From Anaerotignum sp. (GTDB taxonomy: Bacteria > Bacillota > Clostridia > Lachnospirales > Lachnospiraceae): 64,000 nucleotides of DNA. Location of the stretch: the NCBI GenBank assembly GCA_963591145.1, contig CAVARE010000039.1, positions 4,482 to 68,481 of the forward strand, given 5' to 3'. The translations under genes were made by a program, and so were the position numbers. The notes under the pieces were generated by a model. That model saw only the letters and a list, made by a program, of their open reading frames with translations. It searched no databases and was not told where the DNA came from. Below are positions 1 to 9,393 of this stretch, piece by piece (the first letter of the stretch is position 1; every line of letters begins with the position of its first letter).

Positions 1-22
1 CAGCTATACATTTTCTAATCAT
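1..22 (-). CDS. first 7 codons (MIRKCIA...) of a minus-strand gene that continues beyond the left edge
   Basis: ATG at 22..20 with AAGGAG 7 nt upstream on the minus strand; the body of the gene is outside the window. Confidence 0.3.
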
Positions 23-401
23 GTCTTCGCTCCTTCATAAAAGTAAATTGTCGATTATATTATGTTGCATTTTAATCTGGGATTTTTCTAAGCAAGTGCA
101 ATGCACTTTTGATTTGCTTATATCCCGTAAATCTGCCTATTTGATATATCACATGTGGTTCATATACAATCGCCCAAGGCACAATATACCACTGGCCTTG
201 AAAATTATCCAGATAATATATAACCGTGGATTTTCTCCTAGCGATATCAGCAGAAGCACCTTACTTGCCATTGCATTCCTCCCCCATGCATCACCAGCGT
301 ATTGAAAATATCAGGTCCAGCCATATGAGCGCCAAAATGGTGCAGCCCGTTTCCGAGCTGCACCATGTGATGTTTCAGTATGATTTTCTGAAGCTATTCT
401 T

Positions 402-2078
402 CTACTTGAATAAGAAGTTTCTTGTATTTGCCAGGATAAATGGGAAATACAGGTCATTATGCGCGTAATCTGAGATTACGAAGTAGAAGTTGTTCTCCTC
501 TGGATCTGTTCCGTATGAGAATGTATCCGTCTGTGAATAGAAATACTGCATCTGTGTAACGTATTCACTGATCATCTCCTGGTCAGCTGAGCCGCCGATG
601 TAGCACATCAGGTAGAAGTCCAGGTCTGGATTAGCATCAATTGCTTCCTTGATATAGTTGAATGCTGCCTCTGCATCTGAACCTGAAGTCTCATCCAAAT
701 CAGTCTGCTGATCTTCTAAGATTCTGATATCACCGCTGCATGGCATCCAATACTTGAAATATTCAAAATCCCTGTGCATTACTTCCCATGTGCAGATCGC
801 GCCTCTTGAATATCCTGCCCATGCTCTGTGGTCACGGGAAGCCTTGATTCCCTCGCGAGAGAAATCATCACAGTATACGTTAAACTGGCTCTCGATCTGA
901 GGAATCAGGTCGTCAATGATCTCATCGTAGTAGTTGGCTGCGATACCTTCGTATCTGCCATCGCCTGCAGGGCTGTCACCATCGGTTGTATATTCATTTT
1001 CATCAGTTTCAAAATAGAATGTCGGGCAGATGATAATGCATTTCTCGAGAACCTGTGTAGACTCGTCGAACATATTTGCAAATAAATTGTTGCAGTTTGC
1101 TGACTTCATAACATGATCCCAGAGCTCATTTGGTGAACCGCTGTTGCCATGCTGGAAATAGATAACATTGTATTTTGTCTCAGTATCATTTTCATCATAT
1201 CCATATGGCAGATATACTGTGCAGTATTTCTCGTATGTCTTGCCATCTTCATATGCATCAGTTGTATAGTGAAGTCTGAGCACTGTGCCCTGGTTAGGGT
1301 TGTCATATGAATTATAACCTTCTGGCAGCTGTTCCCATACGATAGGCTGGTCAAATACATCCTCTGTAACAATTGTTGACCAGTTTTCGAAGTCATATTC
1401 TGTAGCAGCATCGTCAGCTTCTGCAGCTGTTTCCTTACCTGATGCATCAGCCGTGATCGGCTCCCAGGCATTTTCACTAGCCTGTGCGTCATCCCACATC
1501 TGCTGTGCATCTCCTGATACGAAGCCTGTCAGGTCGTAATCAACTGTAACTACTCCATCTGCTACTGTGCCTTCCAGAATCTGCTCTTCATCGAAGCACT
1601 CGAATGTGATATAGAATGCGCTGAAGTCATCATTTGTTGATACTGTAATCTCAGCATCACCGAAACCATAGGTTCCGTCATATGTCTTCATCTGAGTATA
1701 TCCTGATGACTCCTGTGCGTCAGCTGCATCTGCAGATCCTGTGCCAGTTGATTCCCATGCATTCTCGCTAGCCTGTGCGTCATCCCACATCTGCTGTGCA
1801 TCTCCTGATACGAAGCCTGTCAGGTCGTAATCAACTGTAACTACTCCATCTGCTACTGTGCCTTCCAGAATCTGCTCTTCATCGAAGCACTCGAATGTGA
1901 TATAGAATGCGCTGAAGTCATCATTTGTTGATACCGTAATCTCAGCATCACCGAAACCGTATGTTCCGTCAAATACCTTAACCTGTGTATAGTCCTCTGG
2001 GACTTCACTGGCCATCGTTAATCCCGCTGTCGACAGAACCATCGCAGCAGTTAAAGTTAATGCTATAACTTTTTTCAT
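402..2078 (-). CDS. secreted esterase (alpha/beta hydrolase, putative-esterase/CE1-like family) with a duplicated N-terminal ~80-aa module
   Basis: 558 aa; signal peptide MKKVIALTLTAAMVLSTAGLTMA; C-terminal half has VIYFQHGNSG and nucleophile elbow GYSRG; GGGAGG RBS. Confidence 0.85.
   Translation of the reverse strand: MKKVIALTLTAAMVLSTAGLTMASEVPEDYTQVKVFDGTYGFGDAEITVSTNDDFSAFYITFECFDEEQILEGTVADGVVTVDYDLTGFVSGDAQQMWDDAQASENAWESTGTGSADAADAQESSGYTQMKTYDGTYGFGDAEITVSTNDDFSAFYITFECFDEEQILEGTVADGVVTVDYDLTGFVSGDAQQMWDDAQASENAWEPITADASGKETAAEADDAATEYDFENWSTIVTEDVFDQPIVWEQLPEGYNSYDNPNQGTVLRLHYTTDAYEDGKTYEKYCTVYLPYGYDENDTETKYNVIYFQHGNSGSPNELWDHVMKSANCNNLFANMFDESTQVLEKCIIICPTFYFETDENEYTTDGDSPAGDGRYEGIAANYYDEIIDDLIPQIESQFNVYCDDFSREGIKASRDHRAWAGYSRGAICTWEVMHRDFEYFKYWMPCSGDIRILEDQQTDLDETSGSDAEAAFNYIKEAIDANPDLDFYLMCYIGGSADQEMISEYVTQMQYFYSQTDTFSYGTDPEENNFYFVISDYAHNDLYFPFILANTRNFLFK
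1461..1991. repeat. in-frame tandem duplication, period 291 bp (97 aa), inside the esterase gene
   Basis: 1479-1645 is identical to 1770-1936 at the DNA level; protein module YTQ.K..DGTYGFGDAEITVSTNDDFSAFYITFECFDEEQILEGTVADGVVTVDYDLTGFVSGDAQQMWDDAQASENAWE occurs twice. Confidence 0.95.
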
Positions 2079-2372
2079 AAATACCTCCCATTAACAGTTA
2101 TATTTTGCAAGGTTCCTGCGGATTTATTCTAGCATTTGCCCGCTTTTATACAATGCAACATTCCCTTATAGTCCTGAAGCAAATCGGTCATCTTCTCTTG
2201 TATTTTTTATTTTTGCGATTTTAAGATAAGATAATTTGGTAGTATTTGTGTCAAATAATATGATTGAGATTACTCTTATCATATGGCAAATACACTTTTT
2301 ATTCGTCAGAGCCCCTATTGCTTGAATATACACCACGAGCCGCAACAAATCCGTGACAGAATCGCTCAACTG

Positions 2373-2975
2373 TTAATCGTTCTGGCATTTAACGAAAGCA
2401 TTTATAATCCTGGCGGTGATTCCCCATATCGTATGATCTTCATATTGATAGAACATCTCGTGTGTGACGCGCTTACGCCATGGATAATTTCTGCCGCCAT
2501 TTATCCTGTCATATGGGAAATTGTCTCCCAGAACTGGCACGAAATTGACGTCATATACCTCAGGTTCATGACTCTCGAAGAATTCATATGGCACGGCAAA
2601 TACTTTCTCTACCTCGTCGTAGCTGAAGCTTCCATGGTAATCATGAAGAACTGCCACATACGGATATATGACAGCATTCTCTGTATGGAAGATATCCATC
2701 CTTCCGATTAGCTCTATCTGAGATTCCTGCACGAGCAGCTCCTCACACATCTCTCTTATCGCAGCCTGCTTCGAGGATTCGTCCGGCTCGATTCTGCCGC
2801 CAGGCAGACAGATATCCCCGGGTTGGTCTGATATCTTGCTTGATCTTACTTCAAATAGCAGATCGTACCCATGATCCCGTTCCAGAAGCGTAATCACAAC
2901 AGAGCTCCTGGATATGTCGTTTAGTCCTATGATGGACAGCTTGTGATTTCTGATTTTTTCCAGTTCTATTCCCAT
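2373..2975 (-). CDS. NUDIX hydrolase, CoA-pyrophosphatase-like
   Basis: 200 aa; LLFEVRSSKISDQPGDICLPGGRIEPDESSKQAAIREMCEELLV (Nudix box with upstream CoA-type signature). Confidence 0.8.
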   Translation of the reverse strand: MGIELEKIRNHKLSIIGLNDISRSSVVITLLERDHGYDLLFEVRSSKISDQPGDICLPGGRIEPDESSKQAAIREMCEELLVQESQIELIGRMDIFHTENAVIYPYVAVLHDYHGSFSYDEVEKVFAVPYEFFESHEPEVYDVNFVPVLGDNFPYDRINGGRNYPWRKRVTHEMFYQYEDHTIWGITARIINAFVKCQND

Positions 2976-3061
2976 ATCATTTCCTCATCCGAACAATGCC
3001 TGATTAGCCGTGTCATATCATTTATTCCTTTAGAGTCTATCTGTTCATTCTTAATTAGAAT

Positions 3062-3121
3062 TAAAAAAGGATTTCGCCTTCATGCCAGGGAGGAACAATG
3101 GTCCACCTGGAGCGAAATCCT
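3062..3121 (-). terminator. intrinsic terminator after the substrate-binding protein gene
   Basis: minus strand: AGGATTTCGC ... GCGAAATCCT stem with a structured loop, followed by TTTTTT. Confidence 0.5.
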
Positions 3122-3166
3122 CTGTTAGAAAATATCACAAAATTATAGTGAAAAGCAATGCTGACT

Positions 3167-4147
3167 TTACTCCTCAGAAGTCTCAATTGCGATGTAATCG
3201 TCTGGAACCTGAACACCCAGTTCCTCGCAGATTTCTGCATTGTATTCCTTGGTAACCTCTGATGCGTACTGAACATCCATTTCAGTAATGTCAGCTCCAT
3301 TTGCCAGAATATCTACAGCCATCTGGCCAGTTGTGTAGCCCAAGTCGTAGTAGCTGATTGAAAGTGTAGCTACGCCGCAGCCCTTGCATACGCCTTCCTC
3401 GCCAGCAACGATCGGAACGCCTGCCGGACGGGCGATCTGGTCAATAATGCCTGTGTTAGATGCTGCCGTGTTATCTGTAGGAATATAGATTACATCACAT
3501 GCGTCACATGCATTCTGAGTTACAGTCGCAACGTCGTTCGTATCTGTGAATGCAAATGATGTGACTTCATATCCGAGTGCTGTCAGCTCCTCTGTCATAA
3601 CATCTGCCTGATATTGAGAATTGGCCTCTGCCGTGCAGTATAAGATGCCAACCGTCTTAGCATCAGGGAAAAGTTCCTTAACCATGGCTGCCTGCTCTGA
3701 CAGCGGTGCCAGATCCGATGTTCCTGATACGTTATATCCTGTCTTGCCTGTCCAATCTGTTATATCAAGTGCGCTGGCATAATCTGTTACTGACGTTCCC
3801 AGAATCGGAATGTCTGCTGTTGCCTGTGCCGCAGCCTGAAGAGGGGCTGTTGCATTGGCCAGTATCAGATCGTAACCTGCGGCTACAAATGAATTCACAA
3901 TCGTCGAGCATGTAGCTGAGTCGCCGGAAGCATTCTGGAGGTCAAATTCAACATTTTCCTCTCCCAGGCCTTCCTTAACAGCATCCATAAATCCCTCTGT
4001 TGCTGCATCAAGTGCGACGTGCTGAACCAGCTGGCAGATACCAATCTTATAAGTTTTAGCCTCTGTTGTCGATGCAAATGCTGTAGAACCAGCGATGGCT
4101 GTGACAGCTAACAGTGTGCTTAATCCAACTGCAAGTTTCTTCTTCAT
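3167..4147 (-). CDS. ABC transporter substrate-binding protein (ABC_sub_bind/BMP-like), no cognate permease or ATPase nearby
   Basis: 326 aa; signal peptide MKKKLAVGLSTLLAVTAIAGSTAFA; YKIGICQLVQHVALDAA start is typical of this family. Confidence 0.75.
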   Translation of the reverse strand: MKKKLAVGLSTLLAVTAIAGSTAFASTTEAKTYKIGICQLVQHVALDAATEGFMDAVKEGLGEENVEFDLQNASGDSATCSTIVNSFVAAGYDLILANATAPLQAAAQATADIPILGTSVTDYASALDITDWTGKTGYNVSGTSDLAPLSEQAAMVKELFPDAKTVGILYCTAEANSQYQADVMTEELTALGYEVTSFAFTDTNDVATVTQNACDACDVIYIPTDNTAASNTGIIDQIARPAGVPIVAGEEGVCKGCGVATLSISYYDLGYTTGQMAVDILANGADITEMDVQYASEVTKEYNAEICEELGVQVPDDYIAIETSEE

Positions 4148-4343
4148 AGTTATTACCCGCCTTTCAAATGTTAATTATTGCATAGCAAATTTCTTGTATA
4201 TGCGGCGCAGTTTAACTCTTTAAAGTCCTGAAGTCAATGGAATTTAGATGCATTTAATTTAATAGATGTAATGGTTCGTTTCAATTATTTTAATTTACCT
4301 CTTTAAAGTTTTGAAACGTTGAAGCGATAAAGTGTGCAGATTA

Positions 4344-5333
4344 TCATCTTCCCCGCAACCATAAGGCCATATCCTTGAGTGTGTTTTCAATTGGTCGAGG
4401 TTTATATGAGAATCTATTGGTGGCGGCCGCATGACTGAACTGTCCATTAGATGCCAGGACGGCTATAGAATAAGGGGTGAAGAATAATTTGCGGTTTCTT
4501 TTAAGACTGTATTTTTCGTAATATTTGGCTATGAATTTGGCGAGCCTTACCGGGAAGCATATAGGCCGGTAGCATTTGCGGACTGCCTTACCGACGATGC
4601 ATAACATATTCCAGATGGTGATGTAATGACCTGACAGGATGTATCCACGGCCTGAATCCGCGTGTTCTGCGCAGCCCAGGATGCCATCGGCCACATCGCG
4701 GACGTCTACAAAATCATAACCGCCGTATACTGCAAATGGCAGCCGGCCCGCAATAAATGACTTGATCATGGACGTGAAGCTTCCGCCCTGCATATCGCCA
4801 GGACCTATGATCCCTGATGGGAATACTACACTAGCATTCAGCCCCTGCCGCGCTGCATTGAAAACTATCTCCGTCGCCATTGCCTTGCTCTTAGAATAGT
4901 CGTCATCTACAAGTCCCGGAGACAGAATACACTCTTCTGTTATGACTGTACCCTTCGGTTTCTCAGGTATTGCATGAACCGAGCTTATGTAAACGAGCTT
5001 ACCCACCTGATGTTCCAGACATTGGCGAACCACATTCCATGTGCCCCAGACATTTACCTGATAAATCTTATGCCCGGGACGGGAGGCGACAGAAACTATT
5101 CCGGCGCAGTGTATAACGCATGTTTTATCATCTGCATTTGCGAAAAATTCATTAAGAGAATCCATGCTGCATATATCGCCTGTGACGATACAGACATCAG
5201 GCGACAGCATGTCTTTATGCGGATCATCGGGCAATACCAGCGCCGCGACCTGCGCGCCGCGCTGCTGCAGTTTATCTACGACAGCACGCCCTAGAAATCC
5301 GGTAGCACCTGTAATCAGATATCTGTTATACAT
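4344..5333 (-). CDS. NAD-dependent epimerase/dehydratase (extended SDR, dihydroflavonol-reductase-like)
   Basis: 329 aa; Rossmann motif ITGATGFLGRAVV; YSKSK catalytic-type motif. Confidence 0.8.
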   Translation of the reverse strand: MYNRYLITGATGFLGRAVVDKLQQRGAQVAALVLPDDPHKDMLSPDVCIVTGDICSMDSLNEFFANADDKTCVIHCAGIVSVASRPGHKIYQVNVWGTWNVVRQCLEHQVGKLVYISSVHAIPEKPKGTVITEECILSPGLVDDDYSKSKAMATEIVFNAARQGLNASVVFPSGIIGPGDMQGGSFTSMIKSFIAGRLPFAVYGGYDFVDVRDVADGILGCAEHADSGRGYILSGHYITIWNMLCIVGKAVRKCYRPICFPVRLAKFIAKYYEKYSLKRNRKLFFTPYSIAVLASNGQFSHAAATNRFSYKPRPIENTLKDMALWLRGR

Positions 5334-5430
5334 GATAACAACCCCCTCTCTGTCGAAGTGTCAATTGTTTTTTATTTCATACATAAAGTATATCTAAAAT
5401 GCAGATTGCATACAAGCTCATTTGCCCCAG

Positions 5431-6477
5431 TTATAGCCTGGCAATGTCAGCAATAAGTGTATCAACCTCATCCTGAGTCGTGGCCCAACTCGTGCAGAAA
5501 CGCACAATCGTTCCCTGTCTAGTGATTCCCTCTTCTTCGAAATAGTAGCCCTGTGCCAGAGCTTCCTTCTGCTGTGCAGTCAGTATAACAAATTGCTGAT
5601 TAGTGAAGCTGTCAACCCACAGCGGAATATTTCGGGCTTCAAATGCCTTCTTTATCTGCAGCGCCAGCTCATCGGCATGTCGGGTTCTTTCAAAATACTC
5701 GCCGCTTTCAAGCATAAGTGCAAATTGCAGACCCATCAGCCAGCCCTTCGCCAGCACCGCTCCATGCTGCTTCATGTATGCTTTGAAACGGTATTTGAGG
5801 GAATCTCTCGTAACGATCAAAGCCTCTCCGAACAGTGCGCCGCACTTCGTTCCTCCGATATAGAATACATCTGTAAGCTCTGCAAAATCTTCCAGTGTCA
5901 GATCATTACTTGCTGCACCCAGACCGTATCCCATTCTGGCTCCATCCACAAATAGATACATATCGTATCTCCTGCATACCTCACTGATGTCACGCAGCTC
6001 CTGTTTAGAGTACAGCGTACCCTGTTCGGTCGGAAATGATAGATATACCATCTTAGGCTCTGTCAGATAATCTGGCGTACCGCCATCATAATATGCTGCC
6101 GCACATGCAGCGATCTGCTGTGCAGTAATCTTGCCATCTGTATTCGGAAGCTCAAGAATCTTGTGCCCTGTATTTTCAATAGATGCTGCCTCATGGCAGT
6201 TGATATGACCCGTGTCTGCGGCAATCACACTCTGAATTGAAGACAGAGCTGACGTAATGGCAATGATATTGGCCTGTGTCGCACCAGGGATGAATTTTAT
6301 CAGAGCATCCTCCATGGCAATCAGCTTCTTTATAACAGTCTCTGCACGGCTGCACCATTCATCCTCGCCATAGCCCGCATAGCTGTCAGTATTTGTATTT
6401 ATCAGCTCATCCAGGATGGATTTATAAGCACCGTGATTATAATCATTATTGAATCTTATCATTTGAAAATTCTCCAT
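5431..6477 (-). CDS. PLP-dependent beta-eliminating lyase / low-specificity threonine aldolase family
   Basis: 348 aa; fold-type I features, FVDGARM and GGTKCGA (PLP-lysine context). Confidence 0.7.
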   Translation of the reverse strand: MENFQMIRFNNDYNHGAYKSILDELINTNTDSYAGYGEDEWCSRAETVIKKLIAMEDALIKFIPGATQANIIAITSALSSIQSVIAADTGHINCHEAASIENTGHKILELPNTDGKITAQQIAACAAAYYDGGTPDYLTEPKMVYLSFPTEQGTLYSKQELRDISEVCRRYDMYLFVDGARMGYGLGAASNDLTLEDFAELTDVFYIGGTKCGALFGEALIVTRDSLKYRFKAYMKQHGAVLAKGWLMGLQFALMLESGEYFERTRHADELALQIKKAFEARNIPLWVDSFTNQQFVILTAQQKEALAQGYYFEEEGITRQGTIVRFCTSWATTQDEVDTLIADIARL

Positions 6478-6508
6478 TCAGATAGAATTTATGCAATCGA
6501 AATTTTTC

Positions 6509-7162
6509 TTACTCCAGTGTAAGAAGAAGTGCCATTTTGAACCTCTTGACTGCTTTCACTGAATGCAGGCCTGCCTTGGCAAAATGGAAGTTCTCACCAG
6601 CTTTAATAGGATGTTCTGTGCCCTCGTAGCCGATCACTCCCTCACCATCCAGTGCAAATATAATCGCCTCGCCCGGAGCTGCATGCTCCGAAAGTCCTGT
6701 GCCTTCATCAAATGCCATGACAACGAACTTCATTTTATCATTATGCATCACATCCATATTTACAATCTTGCCCTCTGCATAAGGTACAAGCTCTGCTAAC
6801 TTAAAAACCTCGCCTGCTTTTATTGCTTCGTTCATAATATCTCCCTTTCTTATAGATACCTCTGTATATATCGCACCCTCTGACGTCCGCATACCCATAG
6901 GCACATCCGTCAGTGTCAGAATGCTGTCACCCGTTTCGAGTCTTTTTTGAAAACCGTCCGTCCCGTAAACTTCCATACTGCCGTCTGCAACTATGAGCAG
7001 CTTATGATAAGGGTAAATCTCTGCACTAATATCAGTATTTCGAGCCAGCGAGAAATATATAATATAATTCTCGCCTCCGTAAACCTCTTTCGATATAGTA
7101 CATCCCGGAACCGACGGATTATCCTGTGCTATGGAGAATACTTCTCCGACCTTTTCCTTCAT
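6509..7162 (-). CDS. bicupin domain protein
   Basis: 217 aa with two cupin-like halves (HKLLIVADGSMEV.., EAIIFALDGEGVI..). Confidence 0.65.
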   Translation of the reverse strand: MKEKVGEVFSIAQDNPSVPGCTISKEVYGGENYIIYFSLARNTDISAEIYPYHKLLIVADGSMEVYGTDGFQKRLETGDSILTLTDVPMGMRTSEGAIYTEVSIRKGDIMNEAIKAGEVFKLAELVPYAEGKIVNMDVMHNDKMKFVVMAFDEGTGLSEHAAPGEAIIFALDGEGVIGYEGTEHPIKAGENFHFAKAGLHSVKAVKRFKMALLLTLE

Positions 7163-7249
7163 AAAGCCACCGCCTTTACAGTTATCGAAATAATTGACCT
7201 GTCCTTTTCATACATCTTTTGGATTAATCTTGACCTTTCTGATAGCATA

Positions 7250-7278
7250 ATTATGGCACAATTATGACATACGAACAA
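7250..7278 (-). promoter_or_regulatory. sigma-A-type promoter with embedded palindromic operator (family C copy 1) upstream of the bicupin gene
   Basis: minus strand TTGTTC-17 nt-CATAAT; the spacer holds ATGTCATAATTGTGCCAT (14/18 palindromic); ~85% identical over ~50 bp to 10465-10515. Confidence 0.5.
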
Positions 7279-7373
7279 GTTCATTATGATTCTTTATGAT
7301 ATAGATAAAACATAGGAAATGCTGTATCATTAAGCTGGCTTTGGTGAGAATATACTGATTCTGCGCACGTTTT

Positions 7374-8183
7374 TTAAGACATCAGGCCACTCTTCCTGAA
7401 TAAATAGGCCGACTCTTCCCTGGCCCAGGAGTATTCATCAAGATATTTTCCCTGATAGAGCTCGGTGTGACCAGCAAGATATTGATAGTAGTCACACTCA
7501 AAATGAGTAGGAAGTACGCGTAGTTCGCCCTGTCTTGCTTCCAAGATCGATCCAATTCCGTATTTTCTTAAGGTAGCGCGGAGTCTTGACAGAATGGTTC
7601 GCACGTAACTTTTTGACGAATCGTCAGAAGTGGATTCCAGAAGATCAAAGGCTATTTTTTCAACGGATACCCAACTTCCACGATAATGAACGAGAAAGGC
7701 AAGGAGTTCCTTGGCTCGCTTACTATTGAATTTCAGTGGGGTATTATCAATAAAGATATCAAATGTCGGAAAGCACCTGACGTATGGCCGATGCCTTATT
7801 ACGAATTTATATCCGACATGATATCTGTATGAGCGTAGAACGGCAACAGAAATATCCTCAGGTGTGAAAGGCTTGGCAACATAGGCAGTAGCGTCAAGAC
7901 GCCATGCGTCAATCGCATAAACAGGATTACTCGAAATAAATATAAATTCTGGGCAGTGAATGTATTTCTGCTTTAATTTCGTGATGATCTGTATGCCATT
8001 TATGCCAGAAAGTTCAGGATTAATAAAGATCAGATCGTACTCCGAAGTCATGACGCTTTCCAGTGCCTTTTCCGAATCGGTAAAGCCTGTGATGATTGGC
8101 TTCGGCTCGGCATTCAGCTCACTGAGCAGATTGGTGAGGCTATCTACGATTTCCTGATCATTATCAATAATAATAATTTTCAT
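7374..8183 (-). CDS. orphan response regulator with atypical receiver (Asn at the phospho-acceptor position) and winged-helix (OmpR/SARP-like) C-terminal domain
   Basis: 269 aa; receiver IIIIDND...DLIFINPELSGINGIQ...IFISS...AKPF; C-terminus AKELLAFLVHYRGSWVSVEKIAFDLL; no histidine kinase in the window. Confidence 0.75.
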   Translation of the reverse strand: MKIIIIDNDQEIVDSLTNLLSELNAEPKPIITGFTDSEKALESVMTSEYDLIFINPELSGINGIQIITKLKQKYIHCPEFIFISSNPVYAIDAWRLDATAYVAKPFTPEDISVAVLRSYRYHVGYKFVIRHRPYVRCFPTFDIFIDNTPLKFNSKRAKELLAFLVHYRGSWVSVEKIAFDLLESTSDDSSKSYVRTILSRLRATLRKYGIGSILEARQGELRVLPTHFECDYYQYLAGHTELYQGKYLDEYSWAREESAYLFRKSGLMS

Positions 8184-8315
8184 GAATAACTCCTCTTCAA
8201 ATTCTTTAGAAAATTATAACAATTTGGCAGCATTTGGCAAGAATGTAGCGCTTTTGCAACGGGGCATCATTTATAATTCATTTGCAAATTTTCAAAAGCA
8301 CAAAAGGAGGATCTT

Positions 8316-9305
8316 ATGAAAAAAATACTTGTTTTTGCTACCGCAATGACTCTTTGCATTAATTCATTTGCCGGATTTGCGATGGCTTCTGAAAGCAGCG
8401 TAACCCCAAGGGGACTTGACGCCGATTATCCTTACACAGAGGATACATTTACAATGCCATGCCAAGTACAAAACTCTTTAGGAGAATATGTGCTTGACGG
8501 CGACGTTACCATAACTGTTTCGCTACCTGCAAGCTATGCAGACAGCGACAAGGAATATGCCGTATGTTACATGCTTGACGGTACAGTAATGACCAAAAAT
8601 TTTGTACATAAGATTTATTCATTAGACAGTGAAGAGTATCCTGAAATCATCTACGTTGGCGTTGATGTTCCAAAGGACAGCTACCGTTCAGCAGTTCTTG
8701 CACCTCCAATGACCACAACATTCTTCATGGAGAGCCAGGATCGCGGCGATGTTGATACACAGCTTCACGGAATTGGTGATTATTTCTACGGATGGATCGC
8801 AACAGAAGTAAAGGATTACATTGATTCAAATTACAGAACAATTGAAACTGCAGACAGCACAGGTATCATCGGATATTCATCAGGTGCATCAGGTGCCCTT
8901 ACAGCCGCTATGCTTTATCCAGATACATTCACAAGAGTTGGCTGCTTATCACCGGCCTTCTGGATGTGGGAGAACTGGTATTATGGTGTGATGAGCAACA
9001 GCGGATACGAATACAGTTATACAACTGAGGATGGTGATATCCGTACTTACACACCATCCATCGAAAATCTTACTCATCTGTTCATTTACATCGGTGGACT
9101 TGACGACAACGGTGGTACATGGAATGCAGGCTGGTCAAATACAGCAGCAGAAAACGTTTATGACCACCTTGTAAGCCTGGGCGCAGGTTCGGAATCTGCT
9201 AACTTCGTATGGTGGGATCAGGGTATTCATGGAATGCCTCCTGTTGAAGTATCAGCAATGGCAATAAAGGACCTTTTCGGTGATTTCATTGTAGAAGAAG
9301 AATAA
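8316..9305 (+). CDS. secreted esterase (alpha/beta hydrolase, putative-esterase/CE1-like)
   Basis: 329 aa; signal peptide; YAVCYMLDG and GYSSGASGAL nucleophile elbow; AAGGAGG RBS. Confidence 0.85.
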   Translation: MKKILVFATAMTLCINSFAGFAMASESSVTPRGLDADYPYTEDTFTMPCQVQNSLGEYVLDGDVTITVSLPASYADSDKEYAVCYMLDGTVMTKNFVHKIYSLDSEEYPEIIYVGVDVPKDSYRSAVLAPPMTTTFFMESQDRGDVDTQLHGIGDYFYGWIATEVKDYIDSNYRTIETADSTGIIGYSSGASGALTAAMLYPDTFTRVGCLSPAFWMWENWYYGVMSNSGYEYSYTTEDGDIRTYTPSIENLTHLFIYIGGLDDNGGTWNAGWSNTAAENVYDHLVSLGAGSESANFVWWDQGIHGMPPVEVSAMAIKDLFGDFIVEEE

Positions 9306-9311
9306 AGCATT

Positions 9312-9343
9312 AAGGTCTCACCTAGGTGAGACCTTTCTTTTTT
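9312..9343 (+). terminator. intrinsic terminator
   Basis: AAGGTCTCAC-CTAG-GTGAGACCTT followed by TCTTTTTT. Confidence 0.85.
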
Positions 9344-9393
9344 ATCATTCCGATTCACTGCTGTATCTTGCAGTGTCTCTGCAAATCACTTAG

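Noticed and set aside
1106-1510. 134-aa minus-strand ORF in an alternative reading frame, and other overlapping ORFs inside the esterase gene
   Set aside because: They lie fully inside a well-supported CDS, have no RBS and show biased composition. The same reasoning applies to the many other 60-160-aa alternative-frame or antisense ORFs in the track.
7253-7270. Sigma-54 promoter (TGGCAC-N5-TTGC) in family C copy 1
   Set aside because: Copy 1 reads TGGCACAATTATGACA, which lacks the -12 TTGC element, and copy 2 reads TGTCAC. The minus-strand sigma-A -35/-10 reading with a palindromic operator fits both copies better.
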